Assembly: GCF_035511255.1 (NCBI RefSeq)
Contig: NZ_DATKFR010000202.1
Span: 1-54,525 of the forward strand
Source: Parvibaculum sp.
GTDB taxonomy: Bacteria; Pseudomonadota; Alphaproteobacteria; Parvibaculales; Parvibaculaceae
DNA: 54,525 bases
Direction: 5' to 3'
A program made the position numbers and the translations under genes. Shown here piece by piece: positions 8,575-18,301 of this stretch (within the stretch, counting starts at the first letter, position 1; the number at the start of each line of letters is the position of its first letter). The notes beneath the pieces were generated by a model. That model was not told the DNA's origin, did not search any database, and saw only the letters and a program-made list of their open reading frames with translations.

Positions 8575-9929
8575 GCGGCAAGCTCGACCTTCTTCATCCA
8601 TTCCGCCAGCAATTTCAGCGCGTAGCCTTTGCCGTAGTTGTCGCCAATGTCCTTGCTGGACCAGCCGCCAATGGCGTCCTGTATGTCCTTTGGGGCACCG
8701 ACGTTTCTCAGCCGGTCGCGCATGGCGTGCCGGAAGGAGTGAGCGGTCTTGTCGATCTTCAGCGTTCCTCTCAGCCACTTCGCGATGGTGTTCGAGGCGT
8801 GGGTAGCCGCATGATCGTCCTCACGAACGTAACGCGGGAAGGCCCACCGGCACCCCTCCTCCGCCTCGGCAACAATCCTCTTTGCCGCCCATAGCGCGAA
8901 GCCGACGAGCGGGACCTGACGCTCGGAACTCTTCGTCTTCAATCGACGCACGTCATTCGGGCGAATATCTATGTAGGGGATTTCGGCTTCGACGTGGATG
9001 TCACCGATCCTCAGGCCGACAATCTCGGCCATGCGCGCGCCGGTATCTTCCACCAAAGCGACCAGCCAGCGTACATCGTCATCTCGCTCCTTGCAGGCCT
9101 TGCCGATTTCCTTCAGTTCCCCTTCTGTGAACGGCTCCCGCTCCTTGCTATCTTCGCCATGCCCTCGAATGAGGACCCGATCGAAGGGATTGCGCATATC
9201 GATTTCATATTCGCGGATGGCGAGTTCGATGGCGGCTCGAAGTGTATTCGTTCGACGCTTTACGGTTGCCGTCTTATTGCCCTTCTCCAGTAATTCCTCA
9301 GCGAGTTTGTTTACATGCGCGCGCCTGAGTTCGGTCAGAGGCAGGTCACCTTTGCCGATCGAATGTTCCAAGGACTCAAAACCGGCTTCCACCAGACGGC
9401 GGGCTTTCTTGCTCGCTTCCTTGTCACCCCTGATTTTGTGTTTGATGTAGAGATCACGAGCATCCGAGAGGCGATAGATCATCTCGCCTCGCAGCATCTG
9501 CAAGGCCGCCAGCTTCTCAGGAGGCAATACGTCCTCCAAAGTCTCGTCGCGGCGTGTCAGCTCGTCTGAGGCACGGTAGGGATCGACCTCCTCAGCCAGG
9601 AACGCATCGATGCGTGCATCGATCCTGGGATTATCTTCCCGGTGCTGCCAGTCCTTAGGGTGAAGATTGTGTTGGTGGAGAAGCGCACTAGCCGTCTGTC
9701 GGACCTCGACGGCACTCAAGCCTGTCTCAAGATCGCCACCTCGACGGAGAGACTTCCAATAGAGCTCCAAGCTCCGGCCAAGCTCGCGCGCCTTCCGCCC
9801 TGCAATGAACGGGTCCCTGGTTTGGAGGCTCTTGATGTAAGTCCGCTTGCCGCCATAGAGCTGCTGCACTTCCGGCGGGATACGGCGCTGGAAATAAAAG
9901 GTCTTACCCTTCTGCATGACGTACTTCAT
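8571..9929 (-). CDS. Tyrosine recombinase/integrase with N-terminal DUF6538-like domain
   Basis: FYFQRRIP..KSLQTRD N-terminus; catalytic TGARMAEI, RLKT, HSFRH, GGW, NYG. Start placed at MKYV. Confidence 0.92.
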   Translation of the reverse strand: MKYVMQKGKTFYFQRRIPPEVQQLYGGKRTYIKSLQTRDPFIAGRKARELGRSLELYWKSLRRGGDLETGLSAVEVRQTASALLHQHNLHPKDWQHREDNPRIDARIDAFLAEEVDPYRASDELTRRDETLEDVLPPEKLAALQMLRGEMIYRLSDARDLYIKHKIRGDKEASKKARRLVEAGFESLEHSIGKGDLPLTELRRAHVNKLAEELLEKGNKTATVKRRTNTLRAAIELAIREYEIDMRNPFDRVLIRGHGEDSKEREPFTEGELKEIGKACKERDDDVRWLVALVEDTGARMAEIVGLRIGDIHVEAEIPYIDIRPNDVRRLKTKSSERQVPLVGFALWAAKRIVAEAEEGCRWAFPRYVREDDHAATHASNTIAKWLRGTLKIDKTAHSFRHAMRDRLRNVGAPKDIQDAIGGWSSKDIGDNYGKGYALKLLAEWMKKVELAA

Positions 9930-9983
9930 GGCCAACGAAATTGTCGCATCAAGTTGGATGACAAGCGCCATCACCATATCCCC

Positions 9984-10019
9984 TGTCACACCGCTTGTCC
10001 TACCTATTGTCCTACCTGT
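9984..10019. repeat. Three tandem 12-bp imperfect repeats, likely integrase arm-type sites
   Basis: TGTCACACCGCT / TGTCCTACCTAT / TGTCCTACCTGT between the integrase start and the tRNA. Confidence 0.6.
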
Positions 10020-10097
10020 TTAGGGATATGGAAGGTCGGAAAATCGGTTTAAGTCATTGTTTTATAATGACTTCTTATTTTCTGCTGACGTGGGAAA

Positions 10098-10173
10098 TGG
10101 TGCCCAGGGGCGGAATCGAACCACCGACACTGCGATTTTCAGTCGCATGCTCTACCAACTGAGCTACCTGGGC
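10098..10173 (-). tRNA. tRNA-Phe(GAA)
   Basis: 76-nt cloverleaf GCCCAGGTAGCTCAGTTGGTAGAGC...TGCGA-CTGAAAA-TCGCA...GGTTCGATTCC...CTGGGCACCA. Confidence 0.97.
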
Positions 10174-10322
10174 CGCGCGTTCCGCCCGGGTATCCCCGGC
10201 GGCAAGGCCCGCGGTTTATAGGAGATTGATTCCGGCCTGTCCAGCGCCGGTCGTCGCCCCGAAAGCAAAGATCAAGGCCGAGCGGAGCCGGAGTTTAAGC
10301 CCGTCCGGAGGGCCCGCGCAGG

Positions 10323-10955
10323 TCAGCGGCTCGCGGCGATCAGCAGGTCGAGAAGCCCGCGCAAGACCTCCTCGCGGGGTCGTTCGAAATTCGAAATCAC
10401 CCAGCGCATGGCGACGTGGACGATCGCCCCGACGATCCCCGCGGCGGCAATCTCCGCCCGCCCCTCGGCCACGCTTTTTCGCGGCAGCAGGACGCTGGCT
10501 TCGGCCTGCAAGTGATCGGTGAAAAGCCCCATCGCCTCCCGGTAGACGTGCTCGAGTTCGGGCCCGAGGCTCAGAACCTCGATCAGCAGTACGCGGGCAA
10601 AAAGCGGGTCCTTCTGCAGCTCGCCGAAATAGGCCTCGAGCAGCGCGCGTGCCTTGGCTTCGGCCGTGTCGTCCGCCGCTTCCAGCGCCGCGATCAGCGC
10701 CACGCCGACGCGATCGACGCAACGGGCGTATACGGCAAGGAACAGGTCATCCTTGCTGGTGAAGGACTCGTAGAAGTAGCGCTCGGTGAGCCCCGCCTCA
10801 GCGCAGACTTGACGGACCGTGGCGGCCTTGTAGCCCATGCCGCCAAAGGTCTTGAGCCCTGCCGTCACGAGCCGCTCCCAGCGCGCCGTCCGGCGTTCCG
10901 TAGAGCTCTCTCCGCGATAGCGCCGTCGCGGTTTGTCGTCTGTTTCATCCAACAT
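10323..10955 (-). CDS. TetR/AcrR family regulator
   Basis: GYKAATVRQVCAEAGLTERYFYESF HTH; divergent from the monooxygenase. The ORF-track 5' extension is antisense shadow. Confidence 0.92.
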   Translation of the reverse strand: MLDETDDKPRRRYRGESSTERRTARWERLVTAGLKTFGGMGYKAATVRQVCAEAGLTERYFYESFTSKDDLFLAVYARCVDRVGVALIAALEAADDTAEAKARALLEAYFGELQKDPLFARVLLIEVLSLGPELEHVYREAMGLFTDHLQAEASVLLPRKSVAEGRAEIAAAGIVGAIVHVAMRWVISNFERPREEVLRGLLDLLIAASR

Positions 10956-10977
10956 ATTTACATGTTGACATGATCCG

Positions 10978-10998
10978 TTGTCAGATGCAATCTGACAA
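10978..10998. promoter_or_regulatory. Putative TetR operator
   Basis: Perfect inverted repeat TTGTCAGAT-gca-ATCTGACAA in the divergent intergenic region. Confidence 0.7.
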
Positions 10999-11042
10999 AA
11001 AGTCAAAGCGGGTCCTTCCCGCCCGAAGAGGAACCCCCGCGC

Positions 11043-12560
11043 ATGAATGCCGCCGTAAAGCACCCTATCGCCGCCAAACCGGATCATAATGTCGTCATCA
11101 TCGGTGCGGGTTTTTCGGGCCTCTGCATGGCGATCAAGCTTCTCGAAGCGGGGCGGACCTCCTTCGTCATTCTCGAGAAGGCCGGCGATATCGGCGGCAG
11201 CTGGCGCGACAACCACTATCCAGGCTGCGCCTGCGACGTGCCCTCGCATCTCTATTCCTTCTCCTTCGAACCCAATCCCTTCTGGTCGCGCGCCTATGCG
11301 CCGCAGGGCGAGATCTGGAGCTATATGCGCCATTGCGCGGCGAAATACGGTGTGCGGCCCCATTGTCGCTTCGGTGAAGGCATCGCTCATGCGGAGTTCG
11401 ACGAGGCGACGGCGATGTGGCGCGTGACGACGACGACAGGCAACACGCTCACCACGCGCATTCTGGTCTCTGGCGTCGGCGCGCTCTGCCTGCCCGCCTA
11501 TCCCTCGCTCAAGGGGCTCGATACGTTCAAGGGCGAAGCCTTCCACTCCGCCGAATGGAACCATGACTACGATCTCGAGGGAAAGACCGTCGCGGTGATC
11601 GGCACGGGCGCGTCCGCGATCCAGTTCGTGCCGCATCTCCAGAAGCGGGTGAAACAGCTTCATCTTTTCCAACGTACGCCGCCATGGGTGCTGCCGAAGC
11701 TCGACCGGCCGATGAAGAAATGGGAAAAGACGCTCTTCAACACATTGCCCTTCGTACATCGCCTTTATCGCGATTTCCTCTACTGGCGCATGGAATCGGC
11801 GGCGCTCGGCTTCACCGTTAATCCCAAGATCATGAAGCGGATCGAAAGGCTCGCGCGCAAATATCTCGCGCATGTCATTCCAGATCCGGTGCTGCGCAAG
11901 AAGCTCACGCCCGACTACACGATCGGTTGCAAGCGCATCCTGATCTCGAACGATTATTATCCGGCGCTGACGCAGCCCAATGTCGAAGTCGTCACCGACG
12001 GCATCGTCGAAGTGCGCGAACATTCGATCGTCACCCGCGACGGCAAGGAACGCCCGATCGACGCCATCGTCTACGGCACCGGCTTCAAGGCGACCGATCC
12101 TCTTTCGGAAATCAGGATCACCGGCCGCGCCGGGCTCGAGATCAACGAAGCCTGGGCGAAAGCCGGCGGCCCGGAAGCCTATTATGGCCTCGCCGCGCCG
12201 GGCTTCCCGAACCTCTTCATGCTGCTCGGCCCGAACACCGGCCTCGGCCACAACTCGATCATCTTCATGATCGAGGCACAGGTCCGCTATGTCATGCAGG
12301 CCTTGAAACTGATGGACGAGAAGAAGCTCGCGACGTTTGAAGTGAAGTCGGACGTCCACGACGCCTTCAACGCAAAGCTGCAGCAGGACATCAAGCAGAC
12401 CGTCTGGAATTCAGGCTGCAAGAGCTGGTACATCGCCGAGACAGGCAAGAACCCGACCGTCTGGCCGGGCTTCACGGTCAGCTATTGGGCGAAGACGCGG
12501 CGGCTCGAACCCGGCGATTTCGACGGCGCGACGGCGCTCGCTCCTCTCGCGGCGGAATGA
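11043..12560 (+). CDS. Flavin-containing (Baeyer-Villiger) monooxygenase
   Basis: GAGFSG, GGSWRDNHYPG, FKGEAFHSAEWN fingerprint and GTGASA. Confidence 0.93.
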   Translation: MNAAVKHPIAAKPDHNVVIIGAGFSGLCMAIKLLEAGRTSFVILEKAGDIGGSWRDNHYPGCACDVPSHLYSFSFEPNPFWSRAYAPQGEIWSYMRHCAAKYGVRPHCRFGEGIAHAEFDEATAMWRVTTTTGNTLTTRILVSGVGALCLPAYPSLKGLDTFKGEAFHSAEWNHDYDLEGKTVAVIGTGASAIQFVPHLQKRVKQLHLFQRTPPWVLPKLDRPMKKWEKTLFNTLPFVHRLYRDFLYWRMESAALGFTVNPKIMKRIERLARKYLAHVIPDPVLRKKLTPDYTIGCKRILISNDYYPALTQPNVEVVTDGIVEVREHSIVTRDGKERPIDAIVYGTGFKATDPLSEIRITGRAGLEINEAWAKAGGPEAYYGLAAPGFPNLFMLLGPNTGLGHNSIIFMIEAQVRYVMQALKLMDEKKLATFEVKSDVHDAFNAKLQQDIKQTVWNSGCKSWYIAETGKNPTVWPGFTVSYWAKTRRLEPGDFDGATALAPLAAE

Positions 12561-12600
12561 TCGCCGGCCCGGCGCGCGTTGCGACGGGCCTACGACGACC

Positions 12601-14091
12601 TCAGCTCGCCAGCCGCCTCGCCGCCGCGTCGGGCTGCGGATTTGAAAACTCCATCACGCCGTCATCCACCTTGCCGAACTTCAGGCTGACGATGTCGAGG
12701 GCGTAGTTCTGATAGAGCTTCCACGGCGCTTTCGAGCCCTGCTTCGGGAATTTGTCGATCGACCTCTGAACATAGCCGGACGAGAAATCGAGCCAGGGCT
12801 CTGGCTCGACCGACGGATCGGTTTGTCGCGGCGTACACTGACGGGTGCCGGTCCGGTCCATGTGATTGAGCAGGCGGCAGACATATTCGCAGGTCAGGTC
12901 GCATTTCAGCGTCCAGGACGCGTTCGTATAGCCGAAGGACGAGGCCAGGTTCGGCACGTCGCTATACATCATGCCCTTGTAGTTCATCGTCTTCGAGAGA
13001 TCGACATGCGCGCCGTCGATCGTGATGTCGAGATCGCTCAGCACCTGGAGGTTGAGCCCGGTGGCGGTCACGATCAGGTCGGCTTCAAGCTCGGCGCCCG
13101 ACTGAAGCTTCAAACCCTTCTCCGTGAAGGTCTCGATGCGATCCGTCACGACGGAAGCACGTTTCGACTTGATCGCTTCGAAGAGATCGCCATTCGGCAC
13201 GAGGCAAAGGCGCTGATCCCAAGGATTGTAGCTCGGCGTGAAATGCGTATCGACGTCGTAGTCGGAACCGAGCTGCTCGCGCACCTGCTTGAGAATCCAA
13301 TCCTTCACACCCTGCGGGCTCCGCTTGCACAGGCGATAGAAATACATGCCGAAGAGCACGTTCTTCCAGCGTGTGATGCCGTAGGCGAGCTTGGCCGGCA
13401 GGTAGCGGCGGAGCCAGTTCGCGAAACCGTCCTCCGCCGGGCGCGAAACGATATAGGTCGGCGAGCGCTGCAGCATGGTGACGTGGGCCGCTGTCTTCGC
13501 CATTTCCGGGACGAGCGTCACCGCCGTCGCGCCGCTACCGATGACCACGACGCGCTTGCCGGCATAGTCGATATCGGGGGTCCATTTCTGCGGATGGACG
13601 ATGCGGCCGCGAAACCTGTCCGTGCCCGCAAAGTCCGGCGTGTAGCCCTCGGCATAGTTGTAGTAACCGCTGCACATGAAGAGGAAATTGCAGGTGAAGC
13701 GCGCGAGTTCCTTGGCGGGGCCCCGCTCCACCTCGACGGTCCAGCGCGCGTCCTGCGTCGACCACGAGGCCCGCTTTACGTAATGGCCGAAGCGGATATG
13801 GCGATCGATGCCGTACTCCCGCGCCGTCTCGCGAAGATAGTTGAGGATCGACGGGCCGTCGGCGATCGCCTTCGCCTCCGTCCAGGGCTTAAAGGAATAG
13901 CCGAGCGTATACATGTCGGAGTCGGAACGGATGCCGGGATAGCGGAAGAGATCCCAGGTGCCGCCCAGCGTCTCGCGCCCTTCGAGGATCGCGTAGGTCT
14001 TGTCTGGACAATTCGTCTGCAGGTGATAACCCGCGCCGATACCTGAAATACCCGCGCCGACGATCAATACGTCCCGATGTTCAATCGTCAT
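12601..14091 (-). CDS. EthA/AlmA-like flavin monooxygenase
   Basis: GAGISG, GGTWDLFRYPGIRSDSD, FRGRIVHPQKW and GSGATA. Confidence 0.93.
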   Translation of the reverse strand: MTIEHRDVLIVGAGISGIGAGYHLQTNCPDKTYAILEGRETLGGTWDLFRYPGIRSDSDMYTLGYSFKPWTEAKAIADGPSILNYLRETAREYGIDRHIRFGHYVKRASWSTQDARWTVEVERGPAKELARFTCNFLFMCSGYYNYAEGYTPDFAGTDRFRGRIVHPQKWTPDIDYAGKRVVVIGSGATAVTLVPEMAKTAAHVTMLQRSPTYIVSRPAEDGFANWLRRYLPAKLAYGITRWKNVLFGMYFYRLCKRSPQGVKDWILKQVREQLGSDYDVDTHFTPSYNPWDQRLCLVPNGDLFEAIKSKRASVVTDRIETFTEKGLKLQSGAELEADLIVTATGLNLQVLSDLDITIDGAHVDLSKTMNYKGMMYSDVPNLASSFGYTNASWTLKCDLTCEYVCRLLNHMDRTGTRQCTPRQTDPSVEPEPWLDFSSGYVQRSIDKFPKQGSKAPWKLYQNYALDIVSLKFGKVDDGVMEFSNPQPDAAARRLAS

Positions 14092-14458
14092 GGTCCTGTT
14101 TCCGCTCCGATTCGAGAAGATATCGATGTAGGTCGGCAGAGGTTTATTCTCTACGGCTCATGATTTCTATTTTTAAGTCGCGGCAATATTCAACCTGCGC
14201 CGTGCAAAAGCACACACTTGTATGAGCGAAGTTGCCAAGTGTGAGCAAAATATTCGATCAGCGATTTTCTTCCCGCCCCTCATTTTCCCGTTCCGGCACA
14301 GCGAGGCGGAATCACAACCTCAATATCCCGTTATAGTTGTGTTAACGATTATATGTGTCACTATGGTTGTAGGGAATAAATGATTCTTCCCGGCAGCGGG
14401 CGGGCGACACGTCATCGTCTCTACCGCTGATTGATGAAACTCAATCGGAGATTGCAGG

Positions 14459-14941
14459 ATGCCCGTCCAGGCCCTCATCACAGAACCTCCCAGCTTGATT
14501 GCCCGTCAAGGTGGTTCCCTGCCCCAATCCGCCCCTGCTTCGGCCGCCGCTTCCGCCCTTGCGGAGGAACCGACGCTGACCCGGCACCGGGCGCGCATGC
14601 TGCTCGACCTCTATAATGCGCGCATGAAGTTCTTCCCGACCGGACTCTTCGCCGACCCGGCCTGGGACATGCTCCTCGACCTCACCCATGCGAGGCTGGC
14701 CGGCAAGCGCGTTTCGGTCTCGAGCCTCTGCATCGCGGCCCATGTTCCCGCCACGACCGCGCTTCGGCGGATCGGCGATCTGGTCGCCAGCGGCCTTGCC
14801 GTCCGCATCAAGGACGAAAATGACGGCCGCCGCGTCTTTGTCGAACTGACCGAAGACGGGTTCGAACGGATGGGTCGTTATCTCGAGGCCGTCCTGAAGT
14901 CGATGAGCGCCGACACCAGCGTACCGTTGAAGAGGGCCTGA
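14459..14941 (+). CDS. MarR-like winged-helix protein
   Basis: LFADPAWDMLLDL...VPATTALR...DGRRVFVELT. Confidence 0.85.
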   Translation: MPVQALITEPPSLIARQGGSLPQSAPASAAASALAEEPTLTRHRARMLLDLYNARMKFFPTGLFADPAWDMLLDLTHARLAGKRVSVSSLCIAAHVPATTALRRIGDLVASGLAVRIKDENDGRRVFVELTEDGFERMGRYLEAVLKSMSADTSVPLKRA

Positions 14942-14967
14942 GACGTCCGGCAAAGCAGCGCGGGCCG

Positions 14968-15432
14968 TCAGGCCCGCGCGCTTTCCCCGGTCGCCGCGCG
15001 AATAAGCGCCAGAAGGGCGACGATGGACAGCAGCGCCGCGAGGGCATGTCCGACCTCCCAACGCAGGCGGAAGCCCTGCCAATCGGCCGGCATCGTCGCC
15101 GCCGTCCAGCCGCTGAAGGCGGCGTTGACCGGCGCATTGAAGACAAAGAATACGGCGAGCATCGCCGCATAGCAGGCCGTGGCAAGCAGCGTCGGCCGAA
15201 GCGACGCCCTCTCACGGCGCCGCAGAGCGAGAAGCGCCAGCGACGTCGCCAGAGCCAGAATTTCCACGGGCCCGAAGATCAGTCCCCAGCCGCGATAGAG
15301 CTGTTGCTGCACGACGAGCCAGGTCGGCCCATCAAGCGCGAATTTGTTCGGCAATTCGAGGACATGCGCCATGGGCGCCGTGACCGCGAGAGCGCCGACC
15401 GCGAAATTGACGTTGCGAAGCAGCCTGTTCAT
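14968..15432 (-). CDS. Four-TM membrane protein (DUF1772/anthrone oxygenase-like)
   Basis: Hydrophobic helices; PVN...PADW...RWE.GH motif. Confidence 0.75.
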   Translation of the reverse strand: MNRLLRNVNFAVGALAVTAPMAHVLELPNKFALDGPTWLVVQQQLYRGWGLIFGPVEILALATSLALLALRRRERASLRPTLLATACYAAMLAVFFVFNAPVNAAFSGWTAATMPADWQGFRLRWEVGHALAALLSIVALLALIRAATGESARA

Positions 15433-15549
15433 TTTCCTCCTCCCTCCAGATCACCTAGTTCATTTGGCTCTTGAGGAAACCCGCTGCAACCCCGAACAGT
15501 GGACGCCGGCCCACGCCATCGAGCGAGGGCGCCGGAGGGGGAAGTCATC

Positions 15550-16494
15550 ATGGCTTGGAACGAAGCGCTGCTCGGGCGGCTGGACGGACGATACGCGCTG
15601 GTCACAGGGGGGGCGAGCGGCCTCGGCTACGAGACGGCGGCAGCGCTGGCGCGGCGCGGCGCCAGCGTTCTCGTCGCGGACCGCAATGTCGGGGGTGGCG
15701 AGGACGCGCTGCGCCGCATTCGCGCGGCCACCCCCGGCGCCGATGTTTCCTTCAAGCCGATCGACCTCGCCGATCTCGGGAACATCCGGGCATTCTCATC
15801 CGATCTGGTCGCGAACGAACGGCCGCTCGACATACTCGTCAACAATGCCGGCATCACCCCGCCGCTCGCACGGCGCACCACGGCGGACGGTTTCGAACTC
15901 AAATTCGGCATCAACTATCTCGGTCACTTCGCGCTGACGGGCCTTCTCCTCCCGCTTCTTCTCAAGAGCAACGAACCGCGCGTGGTGACGGTGTCGAGCA
16001 TCGCCCACAAGCAGGGACATATTCATTTCGACGACCTGCAACTCGAAAAGCACTACGATCCGCAGCGGGCCTATAACCAGACGAAGCTCGCCTGCCTCGT
16101 CTTCGCGCTCGAGCTGCAGCGGCGCTGCGATGCGGCGCATGTAAAGCTGAAGAGCGTCGCGGCCCATCCCGGTGTCGCGCGCACCGCGCTGCCGGCGAGC
16201 CGGAAGGGCCAGAAGCGCGAGCGCTTCACGGACCATCTGGTCGACATCATCCTGCCACTGACGATGGCGTTTCTGGGCCAGTCCGCCGAGAAAGGCGCGC
16301 GCCCCATCATCCACGCCGCCGCAGCTAACGACGTTCCCGCCGGAGCCTTTTACGGACCCGATGGCTTCGGCGAGATGAAAGGCGATCCGGCCCCCGCCAA
16401 AGCATCCGCCGAGGCGCTCGACCCGGCCATCGGCAAGAGGCTATGGGAGATCTCGACGACGCTCACGGGCGTCGCCTATGCCGACCTCGGATAG
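15550..16494 (+). CDS. SDR oxidoreductase (retinol dehydrogenase-like)
   Basis: TGGASGLG, NNAG, FGINYLGHF and YNQTK. Confidence 0.92.
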   Translation: MAWNEALLGRLDGRYALVTGGASGLGYETAAALARRGASVLVADRNVGGGEDALRRIRAATPGADVSFKPIDLADLGNIRAFSSDLVANERPLDILVNNAGITPPLARRTTADGFELKFGINYLGHFALTGLLLPLLLKSNEPRVVTVSSIAHKQGHIHFDDLQLEKHYDPQRAYNQTKLACLVFALELQRRCDAAHVKLKSVAAHPGVARTALPASRKGQKRERFTDHLVDIILPLTMAFLGQSAEKGARPIIHAAAANDVPAGAFYGPDGFGEMKGDPAPAKASAEALDPAIGKRLWEISTTLTGVAYADLG

Positions 16495-16499
16495 GGCCG

Positions 16500-16790
16500 T
16501 CAGCCCGCGACGAGATCGTTATATTCGGGATGCTTCTTGAGGAAGGCGGCGACGAAGGGACATTGCGGCACCATCTTGATGCCCTCGGCCCGGATCATGT
16601 CGAGCGCGCCCTGGATGATTTGCGTCCCGACGCCCCTGCCCCCGATCTCCTTCGGCACGATCGTGTGGATCAGCACGATGGGATCCGGCTTTCGTTCATA
16701 GTCGATATGGGCGGTGACCCCGTCGATCACGAGTTCGAAACGGTTGCGGGCCCGGTTGTCGATGACGTCGCCTGACATTGATTTCTCCAT
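16500..16790 (-). CDS. Small GNAT acetyltransferase (YjdJ-like)
   Basis: HTIVP..GGRGVG and PQCPFV. Confidence 0.9.
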   Translation of the reverse strand: MEKSMSGDVIDNRARNRFELVIDGVTAHIDYERKPDPIVLIHTIVPKEIGGRGVGTQIIQGALDMIRAEGIKMVPQCPFVAAFLKKHPEYNDLVAG

Positions 16791-16928
16791 GATGTTTTCT
16801 CCAAGCTAATCCCTCGGGCAGCCAGATCAAGCCAGACCGACATCGCGCTTCACGACTATCCAAATGGACGATCCCTCACCGCGCCGGAGCGGCGAAGCTC
16901 GGGCCCGCGACCAATATGGGGAGGCGTC

Positions 16929-17867
16929 ATGACACGCGGAACGACGGCACGCTGGACACCGGCCGACATTCCCGACCTCTCCGGGCGGATCGCCCTCGTG
17001 ACCGGCGGCAACAGAGGGCTCGGCCTCGAGACAGCCGCCACGCTGGCCTCGAGAGGCGCCGAAGTCGTCATCGCCTGTCGCAATGCCTCGGCCGCAACGG
17101 AAGCGCTTTCCGTGCTCAAGGCACGCGCGCCCATGGCACAGGTCGCGGCCATGGACCTCGATCTGACGCGGCTCTCCTCGGTTCGAGACTTCACGCGCGC
17201 TTTCACCGCGCGCCATGGCCGGCTCGACATTCTCGTCAACAATGCCGGCGTCTTCGGCATCAATCAGGGGCTCACGGAAGACGGCTTCGAACTCCATTTC
17301 GGCACCAACCATCTCGGCCATTTCGCAATGACGCTCGGCCTGATGGAGTCGCTCGCCAGATCGCCGGCGCCGCGCATCGTTGCCGTCACCAGCATGATGG
17401 CGCGGCAGGGCAAGATCGATTTCGACAATCTCGACCGGCGGAAAGGCAAATACAGCAAGTGGCAGGCCTATTCGGACTCGAAGCTCGCCAACGTGCTCTT
17501 CGCCGGGGAGTTGCAGCGGCGGATGGACCGTGCCGGCATCCCCGGCACCGCGGTCCTTGCCCATCCAGGTTATGCGGCGACCAACAGTCCCTTTGGCGGC
17601 AGCTCGATGACGCCGACGCCGCTCGAAGTGATGCTTCTCGTCATCGGCAGCGCCTTTTCGCAAAGCCCCGCCATGGGCGCGCAGCCGACGCTGATGGGAG
17701 CGACATGGCCCGATGCGAAGCCGGGCATGGTTTTCGGTCCCGGACGGATGGGCGGTATGAGAGGCAGCCCCGTTGCCGACGGTCAGCGGATTCCAACGGA
17801 TACGGAGACCGCTGCGAAGCTCTGGGCTATTTCCGAAGAACTGACGGGCGCGCGTTTCCCGGCGTGA
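16929..17867 (+). CDS. SDR oxidoreductase (retinol dehydrogenase-like)
   Basis: TGGNRGLG, NNAG, FGTNHLGHF and YSDSK. Confidence 0.92.
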   Translation: MTRGTTARWTPADIPDLSGRIALVTGGNRGLGLETAATLASRGAEVVIACRNASAATEALSVLKARAPMAQVAAMDLDLTRLSSVRDFTRAFTARHGRLDILVNNAGVFGINQGLTEDGFELHFGTNHLGHFAMTLGLMESLARSPAPRIVAVTSMMARQGKIDFDNLDRRKGKYSKWQAYSDSKLANVLFAGELQRRMDRAGIPGTAVLAHPGYAATNSPFGGSSMTPTPLEVMLLVIGSAFSQSPAMGAQPTLMGATWPDAKPGMVFGPGRMGGMRGSPVADGQRIPTDTETAAKLWAISEELTGARFPA

Positions 17868-17891
17868 GCCGAACAGCGGCGCCTTATCGGA

Positions 17892-18224
17892 TTAGAGGGC
17901 GGCGCGGGCCGCCTCCTCGCTTTCGAAGAAACTGAAAAGCTCCGGCAGGCCGCTGATTTCCAGCGCCTGCATGACGCCTTCGGAGGCCGGCGCGATGACG
18001 CCGAGTTTCACCTGGCGTTGCTTCAGCGTCTTGCCCGCCGTCACCAGCAATCGGATACCGAGCGAGGAGAGGAAATCGACCTCGCTCAGATCGATCAACG
18101 CGACGGCGCCCGGCGTCTTGATCGCCCCCACCTCGGCATAGAAGCGGGTTTCGATCTCGCCGACTTTCGCCGTATCGAGCCGGCCGGAGAGCTTGATGGG
18201 CTTGAATGCGGAGGTTTCGGTCAT
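17892..18224 (-). CDS. STAS anti-anti-sigma factor
   Basis: LSGRLD and DLSEVDFLSSLGIR with the phosphoacceptor Ser. Confidence 0.9.
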   Translation of the reverse strand: MTETSAFKPIKLSGRLDTAKVGEIETRFYAEVGAIKTPGAVALIDLSEVDFLSSLGIRLLVTAGKTLKQRQVKLGVIAPASEGVMQALEISGLPELFSFFESEEAARAAL

Positions 18225-18301
18225 GTGCGATCCGGTGAAGCGTTTGCGTGACGCAAGTTATGTCCGCACTGTAACGGAATCATGACGGCGCACAAACCGG
18301 C

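Larger units (their letters stand above)
1..10097. mobile_element. tRNA-Phe-integrated genomic island (right part; left end outside window)
   Basis: Tyrosine integrase lies next to the tRNA-Phe CCA end; cargo is a resolvase and a Type I RM operon; no second att copy was seen in the window. Confidence 0.85.

Noticed and set aside
9984-10019. CRISPR or iteron array
   Set aside because: Only three 12-bp units with no spacers; no cas or rep genes; no CRISPR array was seen anywhere in the window.
10323-12359. 678-aa minus ORF looking like a large TetR fusion
   Set aside because: Only 10323-10955 is TetR; the rest is the antisense shadow of the BVMO and crosses the operator region.
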